NCBI GenBank assembly: GCA_965285935.1
Contig: OZ260662.1
Coordinates: forward strand, 90,458,001-90,522,000
Length of the DNA stretch: 64,000 nt
Source of the DNA: Ophelia neglecta
Taxonomy: Eukaryota
Direction: 5' to 3'
Shown here: positions 52,810 through 64,000 of the stretch, one piece after another
How the letters are laid out: the number at the start of each line of letters is the position of its first letter
Numbering within the stretch: position 1 is the first letter of the stretch
Made by a program: the position numbers and the translations under genes
The notes under the pieces: model-generated
Told to the model about the DNA's origin: nothing
The model's input: the letters and a program-made list of their open reading frames with translations, nothing else
Database searches by the model: none

Positions 52810-53420
52810 TCATTTCCCGCCCGTGCAGCCACACTTGTCTTTGGAAGACTGTGTTGTGGCTCTACTTCCCTGTTCAGTAACTCGTTTCATGGCAATGTTG
52901 CCCTATCAAAACAAGCTTGTAGTTTTTGTATTGTAAGGTTTTTCTTATACATTCGTTGACCTCAAAAGTTTAATTTGCTTCTCCCTATACTAGACATTAG
53001 GTTAACTGCCCTGTCATGTGCTTCAGCGAGGTAACCCTTCTTTTGTTAACATAGTCAACAATAAATTTATTGTATAGCTTTATGGCAGCTATTCCAACTG
53101 CTCATTTGCACAGTGGAACTAGTGGAAAGTGCCAGCCTTTCACAATAGTGCTATATTGACCACCGCAGCTCAATGTCCTGCCCATGTGTTCCCTCGAGGG
53201 TCGTCTGCTCGCATTCTGCCTTCACTTAGTTTCCTCGCGCGGGGAAGCGTCAGAGATTTATGCCTCAAAGGCCATTTGCTTGAATGTTTGCAAGCAGAAG
53301 ACAGTACAAAGACATTTGCATTCGGATTACTCGTGAATATAGCACTGATCCGAGACACCACGGACTTAAATTGGTTAATGTCTTCTATATGTGATACTCT
53401 ATTGACGGCTGCCATTTAAT
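52810..53420 (-). mobile_element. CR1-group LINE APE plus linker remnant
   Basis: AVNR..DINQF..IFTSNPNANVFVL..HSSKW (~AVYR..NPNANIxILGDFNxHxxxW), PRGN, DK / VWL; ORF 53170..53415. Confidence 0.5.
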
Positions 53421-54219
53421 TGTACTCATCAACGTAGGTGAGTTGAGTATTGCATCCTATTCTCCACCCTTACTTATAATGTCGTTCCCTAGGCCCCTTT
53501 CAGACTGCCACCATTGGTTTTCAAAGGGACACCCTTAATGATATGCTGTTCAAGTTGATATCTATGAAAATAAGGATATCGGTCAGATGTAACATAAACA
53601 CACTTCGGTTGAATTCGAGTGGCATATGAGTGGTGTTGCATTATTGACATTTTCAAAGCAATGGCAGCATAGTATCAATCATTTTCATATAGATTTCTAT
53701 TTTTAAAGGCTCAATTCATTGACTGGTCTTTGAGAAAAACAGCTTGCCTGCCGCACTGCGTACCTAACTATATGGCAAAATAATAATACTGTATCAAGTA
53801 ATGGTGTTTCAAATGTGCCTAGAACAACTTAATCCAATGAGGGAAAAGTGATTTATCATCAACTTTGTTTTGATTGCATCGTGTATCCATTCCAGTGTCA
53901 ACACAATACATTTGCCGCCGATAAATGAACTTTATCCAAATAACCATATATCATATAATATAAAGAGATTTAGGAATGGCTAGTGATGCGATGACAAATA
54001 CAGACTGGCATATGAGAATATAATAGTTGATTTATTAAAGAGGAAATAGGGATGCTGAGTAACACCCCTGTACATATATGCCTAAATGAGGAAAACAAAT
54101 CCTGGCATTGTGGAACTTCCCAGACTTCAGATAAATAGCAAATCGTAAGTAAATAGATACAAATCTTAAACCAAATGAGTGCATTTGGTCCTTACTAAAA
54201 GACTGATAGTTTGGCGAAC

Positions 54220-55350
54220 CTCACTACCTTCCTCTAAACAAAAGTAGTTTATTTGGATTCTCTAGCAACATAAGAACTGGCGGCCTGGTGTTCGTGGCAG
54301 TTCCCTTGCCTGGAGGAGGGAATGTATCTTTTATGTGATTACCATGCTTCAAAACTGGTATGTCTGCATTTAACCTGAAGAAAGTATCTACAACTCCCGG
54401 CAAAGTAAATCGAATGTACTGTTTGCTGAAATATTGGTAAAGTATGGGTGTTTCTGAACAGTCAACCAGCAATCGAATGTCTCTTATGGTAGTTTAATCA
54501 GGAAAACCTACTTCTAACAGTTAAATCAATATGAACATAAAACGGAGTATTAAATAGTAACACACATTTTTTGTCAAATATATGCGTATCTTACATTAAA
54601 TCATAAACCACGTGAAATGTTCCCCTTGATATTGTGAATATGTTTATTTATCATATGGCTGTATTTTACTTGTGCAAAGACAAATTATAATAAACTACCC
54701 TGGCCTTGCAGTATGCACAACTGGTAAACTTGCGATATACGTGCGCCATATATACAGATTTTGTTTATTAGTTGGTTTATTTTGTATATTAGCCACTTAC
54801 AATGTTAATAATTGATCCTTGACGAAAAATAGTTTTCAATGTTCATTTAAATGAGGCGATAAGCATGCACTTTAGTAACGGACTAACACGTTTCTATCAA
54901 AATACAAAAATGATCGATTTAAGCCTCTTGTCTGTGTCACTTCAACAATATACCATACCCGACCCTGGTACTAACGTTTGAAAGACAGGAGAGTCGATAC
55001 GTGACATCTAAAGATCTAGGTAAACCCTTTGATCAGCTTAGAATTAGTGAAGGCTAGATCCATGTCTCAACCGTACACATACTCCCAAGGATATAGTATC
55101 ATTGGTATTACCAACATGGGACTTTATGCCGTTATCAAAAGACAAATTAGGTAATTCAAATCGTATTGGACTAATATGTTGTCATGAAAAGAAATACATT
55201 GAGCATATAAATCAGTACTCCGGAGCCTGCATTTGGAATGTATGTAGGTTAGAAGACTATGAAAATACCATGGATATCAATGCTATACAAGAAAACAAAT
55301 TTGCGCGAATGACAAAAATACTTGGGAATGTGACTTTTGAATTGTAGGTC
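54220..55350 (-). mobile_element. CR1-group LINE APE plus RT start, internally deleted
   Basis: KSHIPKYF, FSCIAL, LGV / VY, ILLK; then PILYQYF..PGVV..FRLNADIPVLKHG..TNTRP..PNKLL (ORF 54224..54472). Confidence 0.55.
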
Positions 55351-56649
55351 TAAGCTAGTATGAAAGGAGAAACAATAAATGCAAGATATTCCATTCACGT
55401 AACCATCCGGACCTTCGTGCAATGTCGGTAGAAATCACGTCTGAAATAATACAGGCAACCGGCTAGTGCAAATGATTGTCATTTACGAGATCTTCAGACG
55501 AGTTGTGAGAAAAGAATCGTTCATTCTGTAGCTTAGGGAACTGTAAAGAAAACGAGCCGCTGGACAGTGGGGCGTAAACCCAGTCATAGCAAGAAGCTGA
55601 ACCATATGTACAGTTTCAAATAAAATAAATCTTATAGTTGAACGGAAATTATGTCAATAATGATCTGAATGGACCCCCAACTCGCTATGACGACTACCAC
55701 TGATTACACGCGAACCGCATGTACTGTGTATGTTTCGCTTGTCTCGATCCATCATGCTATACTTTATTTGCATATTAAGTTAGCAGTATGCCATTGCTGG
55801 CTTCATGATTTATTCAATGTGCTGAAGTAATATGATCCAAGACATTGGCTGGCTGATTTATTTAACGATATGACGTGGCTCAAGATCGCAAATTTAATGG
55901 AAATTAGATACATCATTAAAGAATTTTCGAAGGGATTTATTAACTCCTAAAGAAGCAACATTACTGCATCATGTTGGTGCTAACGTGAGTAGAAACAGGC
56001 ACAGCAACAAACAATGTATAACCCCTAGAATTAAGATGGCATCATGGTATTATATGAAGAATGTAACACCTTTCTAATGTCTTTGACACAATTATTGGCT
56101 GTTCTATAGGATACTACATAATTATTAAGTTAGACAAGCCAAAGACGTCGTTTATAGAATAAATGCTGTTGTGGTTACTTTAAAACATATTAGTATTATT
56201 ATCAAGCGTTCTAAGCTTATAGAATTTTTCAAAGGCTACCTCATCTTGTTTTGTTGCTTAATAAGGATTTATCTGTGACCAAATTCCAAATTCATATACC
56301 TTGACTCAGATTGGCAAATATTTAACCTTAATAGAAATACATAAAGATATCTCTTGTTATTTCCAGAGTTTGTCTAGAACAAAGCTGAAAAGTATGTTTT
56401 AGGTAAATGTATTAATCACTTGTCTGGATAGAAATCGATAAAAAAAACGAACCACAGCTTGCCAGATTGGCGTTATATTTTGTGTATACGCTGGCCAGAG
56501 CGATTTCTCGACCGTATGGCCAAATGTGAATCCATCTTACTCTCTAGATTTGTGTTTAATTTGTCTGGTGGAAAGTAGCTTTGGACAATGGGCATTTGTA
56601 CCGTGAGCTAATATGCTGAATTTAAACTTGGCCATCAAATCGACACGTC

Positions 56650-57060
56650 AACGTTAAATCTTGTTTAACCTTAAACACTAACTGTCTATTAGACTTTGTC
56701 AATGTAACGCGAATCACGCTTTTCTCCTTGGGTCGACTGCCAATGATCCAATTATTGCCATTGTGGAAGCACTTCTTCTCCAGCGCGGACAATAGACACA
56801 TATCTAAGGTGAAGAAAGAAGTATATGTTCCAATGGCAAATTTCCAACACGTACAGGTGCTAGGCAATTTGAGCAGTCTCTTGCACCTCATTGGTAAAAA
56901 CATTTGACCTGATGACAAAAATAAAATCAAAAGAGGCAGATTTCAACAGTAACGTGTTGTATAGTATTGGGAACTCCTTTGAGTAATCATCATATGCCGA
57001 AGCAACCTTCTTTCCAGATAATGATTACTTTAATGTCAATATAATAACTGCCTATTCCGA
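56650..57060 (-). mobile_element. Penelope-like (Poseidon-type) RT remnant
   Basis: GSYY, SLSG..VASAY, LLKL..WKFAI..SFFTLDMCL (~LLxxLN..IKFTIE..LPFLDxLI), KEKSVIR (~HKRSVIR). Confidence 0.45.
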
Positions 57061-58019
57061 GAAAGTCATCGTTTATAGCGGTGTTTTCACCCAAGCGACA
57101 GAAAAACACAGGAAACGAAACACTACCTTGTTTCATCCCTGAACTTTATTTAGCATTATTTTAGATTATCGCCTTAGAAAGATGGATAATAATAAGCAAC
57201 ATACCTATTCGACCTAAAATATTTGTAATATCTCGATACGGAGGCTTAATTTTACAAGCTGGAGGAGGATTATCCCCGGTGACGTTCGCAAGTTAACCTA
57301 CGAGGCGATACGAAAATAAGAGGACGTCGGCCAATACGATGTACCCTAAACTCTTATATTGTACGTATTGTTTATGTCAGAAATCCTACGGCGAATATGA
57401 AATTGTAGCCACATATGCAAAATTTTAAATTAATCCGATATGACCTTAATTTGTCTATATGCGTTGTTTAATATTGTGTAACTTGCGGTGACCTGCCTGT
57501 TAACTGCAGTTCCGGGAGTAGCGCACACTTAGAAAATTACATTGGTCCAGAGCTAGATCTAAGGATAGAGCCCACACTGTGAGTGTGCTATTATGTGGTT
57601 AACATAAAATCCGTTGGGCTTTCCGAGGAAATTACTATCAAATTTGTCCGGTATTTAACCATCACATCATAACCTGTGACACATCCCGCTGGGACGGGTG
57701 ACTTCCTACTTTAAGAAGTACAGTTAAAATGTACACAAACTGTGCCTGTAGGGTCTAGTCGATTTATATTTACCAGTATGTAGTTGCAATGCGAAGAGTG
57801 AGGCCAACCAGATTTACAATTTGCTTTACAATTATTCCACTTGTAAACTTGTTTACTACAATTCTTAATAAATCATGACCCATTTAATCGAGTATCATTC
57901 GACCATCGACCTAAGATGTTTGACAAGAGTGCACTCCATGCATTTCCTTTCGCTGGTCTCCAGCAATAAATCTTGTTTAACGGGAATGATAATAATGAAC
58001 TATAGTGGATTTCCGCGAG

Positions 58020-58830
58020 CGATAACACCCTCAGGCTCCGCCGTTCGGTACTCCAGACAGTAACATCTGGTCAATAGATGTATACTAGCATAATTCATCT
58101 TCAGCAAACTATAACCCACATGTCCCCCAATTGACATTGCTTCCTCTCTTGTTGTTGGAGAACTATAGCGTAACACTGGCAATGATAATGTAAATGCACC
58201 TGCTATACTCCTGGCAGTCATTGGCTAAAAGTTCATATGTATGTTTACCTTCTTACACCCTCATTCGTAAGTTGATTTGGTGGAAAAAGCGCCCATCATT
58301 TCAAGCATTGTAAATACTGTTGCCGAATAATGTGGTTCATTATACAGTCATAATTAATGTGTTAACGTATATTTCTCCAAGACGGTATATTATTATATCA
58401 TAATTGTAACAGAAAATATTGAGTTGAACATTAAAAGATATAGACTATAACTTAAATTCCTTACCAATCATATAACTGTTTAAAATATTTCATAAAAGGT
58501 CCCCTGAAAATATGTTTTAGTCCTCACATGTCAACCGATTTGAATATAAGTATATCAAATCTAACATTTTGATATGAGAATGATGATGTTTCGTACGTTA
58601 ATGTTTAATCATCGATGATGTATTTTTCTTGTTGCCGTTGGTTTAGCGGGGGATCTTTTTTCTCTTCGTAATCCTGTAATCAGGGATGCATTAACACGAA
58701 CTCATTTCCTGTGCAATATCGATGAATGCCATCATTACAGACCTTGCAACAGCCGTAAGGTCTAGCTATTTACAACCTCCATATGCCGTGCGTAAAAGTT
58801 GCTCCAAGTGCCATATCTCCGCTTTCACAG
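58020..58830 (-). mobile_element. R4/Dong-like (RLE-type) non-LTR RT remnant
   Basis: MA..RTAY (~MAWIDYRKAY), FVLMHP, YIIDD*TL (~YMDDLKL), QYL / MLE, TARSI..LPVLRYS..TREE.MSI..LLKMNYA.H (~NARN..AVPVLRYS..WTxEELxxID..LLTMNxAxH); ORF 58000..58221. Confidence 0.6.
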
Positions 58831-60013
58831 GCACTAACATTAGTATTAGCTTTGCTTTTGTGAATATACTAACGACTCAAACAACAAAGCTAGGTTCACC
58901 ATCATGTATAGCCTAAGCTGTTCTGTTCGCATCTATTCAGTGGTTTGCTTGTCGTCAATTGTTGCTTTACGCTTATATTTTAGTCTAGTAATAAGTACTG
59001 TCTTCATTGGTCTTTATTAACATAATACTTTTGCATTTTTCTTTTGTTTTACGATTTCACAGGTGTTTAGAAGTTTCATGTAGGTAGGCAGTATAATATA
59101 TGCTTAAAACCAATAGATCGTGAATATGGACGAATCAACAATACAAGCAACTATCCTTTGCCCTGTCAGATGCTTCTTATTTTTGGCTACTTAATTCATT
59201 TATAGAGCAATGTTATTTAATACGTCCCGTAATTATTTCATGTTCGAAATTTGGTTCAGTGGCATAAAAGAGCATAGTCTCTATTTTTGGTTTTCATCCT
59301 TGGATGCTTAAAGTGTTAGTGACAGAAATCCTGAAGTAATTACAGTTGCTTCTACGTTAATTAATGTTTTATGGAGCAATGCTCGTTCGTCCGCAAGCAA
59401 CTTGGAACTAAGCCCATATAATATGTTTTCTTTTCCTCGATAAAGACACTATTCAATATGATTCACGATAAGCGCTGTGCATGGGAATAATGAGTAATGA
59501 GAATGTTATATTTTGCCAATAAAAAATGTTGGAGGAACAATACGAATTGTTATCCACGAGTGAGTGGCTGCCTACTGAAAAGTGTGACTTTTACTAGACT
59601 TATCCGATTTTGTCACAATGCACGAAGATTGCATTTCATTAACTGTCCATAGAAGCACCTAACGCTAATAATGATCCGTTTATCTGTTATTTAATGTCCT
59701 GATCGGTCGCTATATGATGCACTGCTGCCACCTTCATTGACAACACTCCCTTGCATGCACCATTATTGATATTTTTTATTAGGATCTTATTTTATCCACA
59801 ATGGCAACAATTTAGTCCCACAATATTTTGGGAATGACGCAATGTTTGGCAAAGAAATACGTTGCAGGAATAAAAAGTTGGTTTTTTTGCGAAAACAGAA
59901 TGGGGAGCGAATTATTTTAAAATCAGAATAAACTATACAGATTTTAAATAGGCAACTAATAGCCATATTGCCATCTCATTCACCCAATTTAAAATAAAAG
60001 AACGACGTCCAAT

Positions 60014-60687
60014 TGACCATTCCTGCAATACCATACGCCGCCTGGTGGTGACCGCAGAACTACGGTTTTCGTACTTCTCGGTCGACCACTTTTCGCGAGC
60101 CCCTGCGCATCCCACTGCGCATGTTATGCAGGTCACCCAGGGACATGCGAACAGCTGATCAAGATGGCTTGACAAGCTGTCCCCAGTTGTTCCACGCGAA
60201 GTATTTCGGATCTCCAATCGCGACTCCTCGTTTATTAACCAATTGTTCTGGGTCGAAATGTCTAAAACACAGCCTAGATCGTTTGTTCACGTTTAATTTG
60301 TCAACGATCGTGTAGTTTTGCTTCGAAGGTTTGCCTTCTCTTCGTACAAGGCGCCGCCATCATGCAACCGATGCCGGGTTGTCACGGGGCCATTTAACCC
60401 AAGATATTTGTTCCATCCAAGGATATTTGTCCAAGTGTTTCATCTTCCTGCTATGCGAGAAGCATTCTGCTGCCTCGAAGATAAACACCATCGTCCCTTC
60501 TTTCGTTTTAAAGCTCAAAATAACGGTTGTACGACGCAGAACTCAGCATAACATGAAAAACGCCATGCATTGTTTATGACAGCTTGGGTCCGCCGACTGG
60601 AGTGGTCGACTTTTTTCCCACAATGCATTGCGCGATCGTAGTTCTGCGGTTTCCACCAGGCGGCGTATGGTATTGCAGGTATGGTCA
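60014..60687. mobile_element. Non-autonomous DNA transposon with ~50-bp TIRs and probable AT target duplication (ISL2EU/PIF-Harbinger-like)
   Basis: Left end TGACCATTCCTGCAATACCATACGCCGCCTGGTGGTGACCGCAGAACTACG matches the reverse complement of the right end with 3 mismatches. A sub-terminal IR GTCGACCACT / AGTGGTCGAC lies at 60081 and 60601. Flanks read caAT|...|ATtg. Confidence 0.9.
60159..60491 (-). pseudogene. THAP zinc-finger domain pseudogene (transposase N-terminus)
   Basis: MVFIFEAAECFSHSRKMKHLDKYPWMEQISWVKWPRDNPASVA*WRRLVRR...KRSRLCFRHFDPEQ... fits the THAP pattern C-x4-C..P..W..CxxHF. The first Cys codon appears as TTC (from TGC). The in-frame TGA at 60360-60362 is plausibly CGA decay. 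Confidence 0.85.
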
Positions 60688-60949
60688 ATTGAAAGCATGC
60701 TTTGTACGCTCTCACGTTAGGAAAGCCTCGCCTGATGTTTTGACGGTAATATTTACTGGTTTCTTGTTATAAAGTAATAGAAAATAGGTCAGAACAGGTA
60801 AATGTGCATAAACTGGTAGGTTGGAAATTGATTTGTCACTTCGCTTTGTAGGTTCGCAGGTAGACGGCATCAAATTGCACAACAGACAACTTCTTCAAGT
60901 GGGCGATGGAACTTTTGAAGCACTAAAAGCACGGAGCAGGTGTTTTGTA

Positions 60950-61580
60950 GCAATCCTCGCTGGCTTGAGTCGGGTGATATTTCAGTATTCCTATGTTTAA
61001 GGACCCTTGGATATCAAGACGATATGAGACCTCCGTAATTTCTTGTTTTGGCGAAATAAAGTCGCCTAAGCCGCAAAATGCCAATATTATCGTCTTGGGT
61101 GTCCCAATGTCGACCATCTGTAAATAATCGATGCTCGCCAAATGGAAAATTGAGAACGCAAGACTTATACGAGTGTACAATTTAAGATCGTCACAGTACA
61201 TGTACAGAACCCTTATATAAATAGATTCCATAATGACATATGACAAATAGACGCCAAAAGGGACATCTCTTGTAACGATAGAAAGACCAAACGACAATTT
61301 CAGCAGCTTTTATTTGACGAAATTAGAAGACCGGAATCTATTATCATCGATTTTGACTGATCAATTATTAGCTAGCTTTTGTTCATTTGTTTCCTTTTAA
61401 AAGTTCCATATGCGTAGGTGACGACGCTCAATACAACAAACGCAACACTCATTTTGACATCGAAAAGAAAATCGCCATCATTATTAAATCCTGTAACCTG
61501 TGTTCAAGCTTTTAATGGAAAAGGTTAGGATATTTGACACCGGATATGAAAACTCCCTAACTGACGATTTTCGGCGCCAG
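60950..61580 (-). mobile_element. CR1-group LINE RT remnant
   Basis: QLGSF, AIFFSMSK (~AIFLDxSK), IVTRDVPFGVYL (~VTSGVPQGSxL), YMYCDDLKLYTRI (~YADDLKLY); ORF 60923..61297. Confidence 0.75.
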
Positions 61581-62694
61581 AAAGATTTAATCGTCATTTC
61601 TAACCAGTCATGGAGAAACCTCTCTATGCAGAAGATTCTAAATTCGCTGGAAATGTCCATGTCACCTAGTTTTCAATGAATACAATGTTTCCTTTGTATT
61701 GCACTGTGAATGGGAAGGTTTAGCACAGTGCTCCTTTTAGTGAAACTGGCAACTATATTATGTCACCTTATGGTCGAAATCACAAAGGTTAGGAATCGTG
61801 TTGACTGAATTCCTACGGTGAATTTAATTAAACTTTAGTCTGGCCAAAATCCAGTTCTTTAAATCCAGGAATATTAATCAAAATTAATAAGGCTTATAAT
61901 TAAATCTGGAACCAAACGGTAATATAAAGGGGATATCCGGACAGACAATAACCGACACCAGGATTTCGCTCATATATTGAAGAACAGTGGAATCATTCCT
62001 GATGGGCATCTTACAAATACGGGCATTTCTGAATTACGGTTCAATAATTCTAGTCCCGTCAAATTGTACACGTACAATATAGGAGTGGGTATCTAGGAAA
62101 TGCGGGTATCACTCAATTCCGAATTAAGGGCACTTGTTTTGGACCCATTGGCCAATTTTATCCCAAAATGGCGATCATTTCCCCGGGTGTCTAAGTGTCT
62201 TAGATCAGTAGACACCAATGTGCCGGAAAGTATCGTGCAGGCCGACCTGGCTACGCCACGAAGTACACAACGTTATCATGTACACTATGAAATGGAAAGA
62301 ACGAGCTCGATAACGAGTTAAGATTAAAACACCAATACTAATTATACAGGTATATCATTTGATATAGATTGGCGCCCAAACAAGGCTTGTTATAATGACA
62401 TTTAGGTCTAACCTGACCTATAATTCAATTAACTCCTTTGTTCATGTTCTCGACCTCTTTTAATCGTCCAATCGATTTAATGCTCGGAAATGGGAGCTTT
62501 CTGTTCTTATAATCTGCCAAAAGAAACTGACTACTAATCATTTTAGTCCTTTATTCAAGAAGGGATTCTATTTAGCTTTAATCCGTTGGTTTTTTTACCC
62601 AAATTCAGCATGAGTGTAGTCTTTGGTTTTCGAAGATGAATTTCTGAGAATCTAAAGAAAATGGTCTCAAGAAACTATTTTCCGATGTACGGCA

Positions 62695-62830
62695 GCAAAT
62701 GGTTTCTGAAAACCTTTTCTGTATCCTTTCAGAATTGCTTTACCGAAATCCGTTTACTGCAGCCTGTCAGAATGTGGTTTCCGGAAACCGTTTATTGCAG
62801 CGTACCAGTATTTCGTTTACGGAAACCACT
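62695..62830. repeat. Cluster of degenerate palindromic GGTTTCCGGAAACC motifs
   Basis: GGTTTCTGAAAACC (62701), TTTACCGAAATCCGTTTACTGCAGC (~62739), GGTTTCCGGAAACCGTTTATTGCAGC (62776), CGTTTACGGAAACC (62814). Confidence 0.5.
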
Positions 62831-63269
62831 TTGATTTTACTTAACCTGTATTTATCTGTACCGTTGTGCTTAAATCGTAATAGATCTAAAGAAATATTTA
62901 ATAGTATCAATTTAAATTGATTTTAGAACCCATTTTTATGTTTTTGGAAAAAAGGTTCAAATTCACAGGAAAGATATATTTAAAAGAAACTTTAACGAAA
63001 AAAAGCAAATTCCATAGAAATGCAATAAAAATAACCTTGTGTAGTTTATGGTGAGTAAAAATGTCAATAAACAGTGTCATTTTTAAGTTTTTAAGTTGCC
63101 ACTTTAAAAAAAAGCCAATAGTGTTAATTGTGCGGTAAATAACTGTTTTCATGAACGCATGATCTGCCAAGCAGCTTTCCCCCATCTGCCTCTATATAAT
63201 AAAAATTGCGGTTTCCCCATCACCGGTCAAAGATACTAATAGTTTATATTGTCCACTAGTTTTCGATGA

Positions 63270-64000
63270 TACAGATATCCAAACACGTCCCACCTCGTCG
63301 TTCTACAGCTGAGCGGGATGAAGTGGCCAAACTCTGTTCTTCATATGAGAGCTTTATGCTGTGTGCGGCCTTTCATTCTCTTAACTGAGCGATGGGAAGC
63401 ATTTTTGATACTCTCCTTCCGGCTTTTCGCTCATGTTCATAGAGCGCTCGACGCTCCATATAAGAAGCACCTTTTTACGATCTGCCTCTGTATCTGCCCG
63501 TGCACGCAACTATATCAAACAAAAAACGATTGGGATGCAGTAAACTACAGTTGTAATATACATTTTGCATTGCAGGTTAGTGTTGCTTTCAATTTTTTCT
63601 TAATCTGGCGTGTTTTACCCTGGAAATAAATTTTCACCTATGTTGATATTGTTAATGGAAATTTCTTAATTTAAGCTAGTAGAAATACGTCGCAGGTAAA
63701 TGTTATGTAATGTGCGTTTAGCGAAGTGAGATTACCGCCTTTTATACGAGCATACACCATCATAAATATGTGAATGGTATTTTATGCCAAAGGTTGATAT
63801 CAAGAGATACCTCTCACATTGCAGATCATTTAAGGTGTTTATCTACATAGAAAAAATCCTTACTCACATTTTATAATATGTCTAGTAGATGATGATTTAA
63901 TATCGGCCCTAAATGAACTTAATGTGGCCTCAACTGAATTGATCCACTGGGTGGTTATTCTTTGAAGTCGATTTTGAGGTTATTGCATATGTTGACGAAT
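63270..64000 (-). mobile_element. RTE-group LINE RT and C-terminal remnant; continues past the window end
   Basis: SGSIQ / TLSSF, TLNDLQ (~LxDLDxADD), KFIS.G, IVKRCFLYGASS (~xVLLYGAESW), HRSVKRMKG, RTTRWDVFGY (~RRRRWRWFGH). Confidence 0.6.

Larger units (their letters stand above)
1..64000 (+). other. Strand-uniform retroelement array; candidate uni-strand (flamenco-like) piRNA cluster with a + strand precursor
   Basis: All ~43 recognisable retroelement coding remnants, and the THAP remnant, read on the minus strand. No host CDS is present. piRNA function is inferred, not shown. Confidence 0.5.

Noticed and set aside
285-59062. Scattered strong + strand splice-like sites (donors 285, 8136, 27236, 53438; acceptors 39425, 52222, 59062)
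   Set aside because: Similar sites occur on the minus strand, and this many is plausible by chance in 64 kb. No exon pairing can be supported without RNA data.
209-63629. Short ORFs in the supplied track as genes
   Set aside because: All are <=125 aa. Many minus-strand ORFs are open stretches of decayed retroelement frames. I recognise no protein family, consistent exon chain or codon signal in the + strand ORFs.

Overview
AT-rich eukaryotic DNA (roughly 35-37% GC by eye). The transposon repertoire suggests a marine invertebrate such as an echinoderm, but this is inference only. I find no intact protein-coding gene, rRNA, tRNA gene or CRISPR array. Translating by hand across stops and frameshifts shows that most of the window is a near-continuous array of very decayed non-LTR retroelement coding fragments: Penelope-like (Neptune- and Poseidon-type), CR1/L2/Rex-group, RTE-group and one R4/Dong-like. 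I recognise about 43 fragments, 29 of them at confidence >=0.5, and every one lies on the minus strand. The main hypothesis is a flamenco-like uni-strand piRNA cluster (a transposon trap) transcribed from the + strand. Younger or smaller items are a 674-bp TIR element carrying a THAP pseudogene (ISL2EU-like), a + strand tRNA-derived SINE, and several tandem and inverted repeats. Limits: all retroelement calls are by-eye matches to family consensus motifs recalled from general knowledge, and no HMM or BLAST search was run. Boundaries are approximate (about +/-100 bp), clade labels are tentative, and low-confidence fragments may be pattern over-reading.
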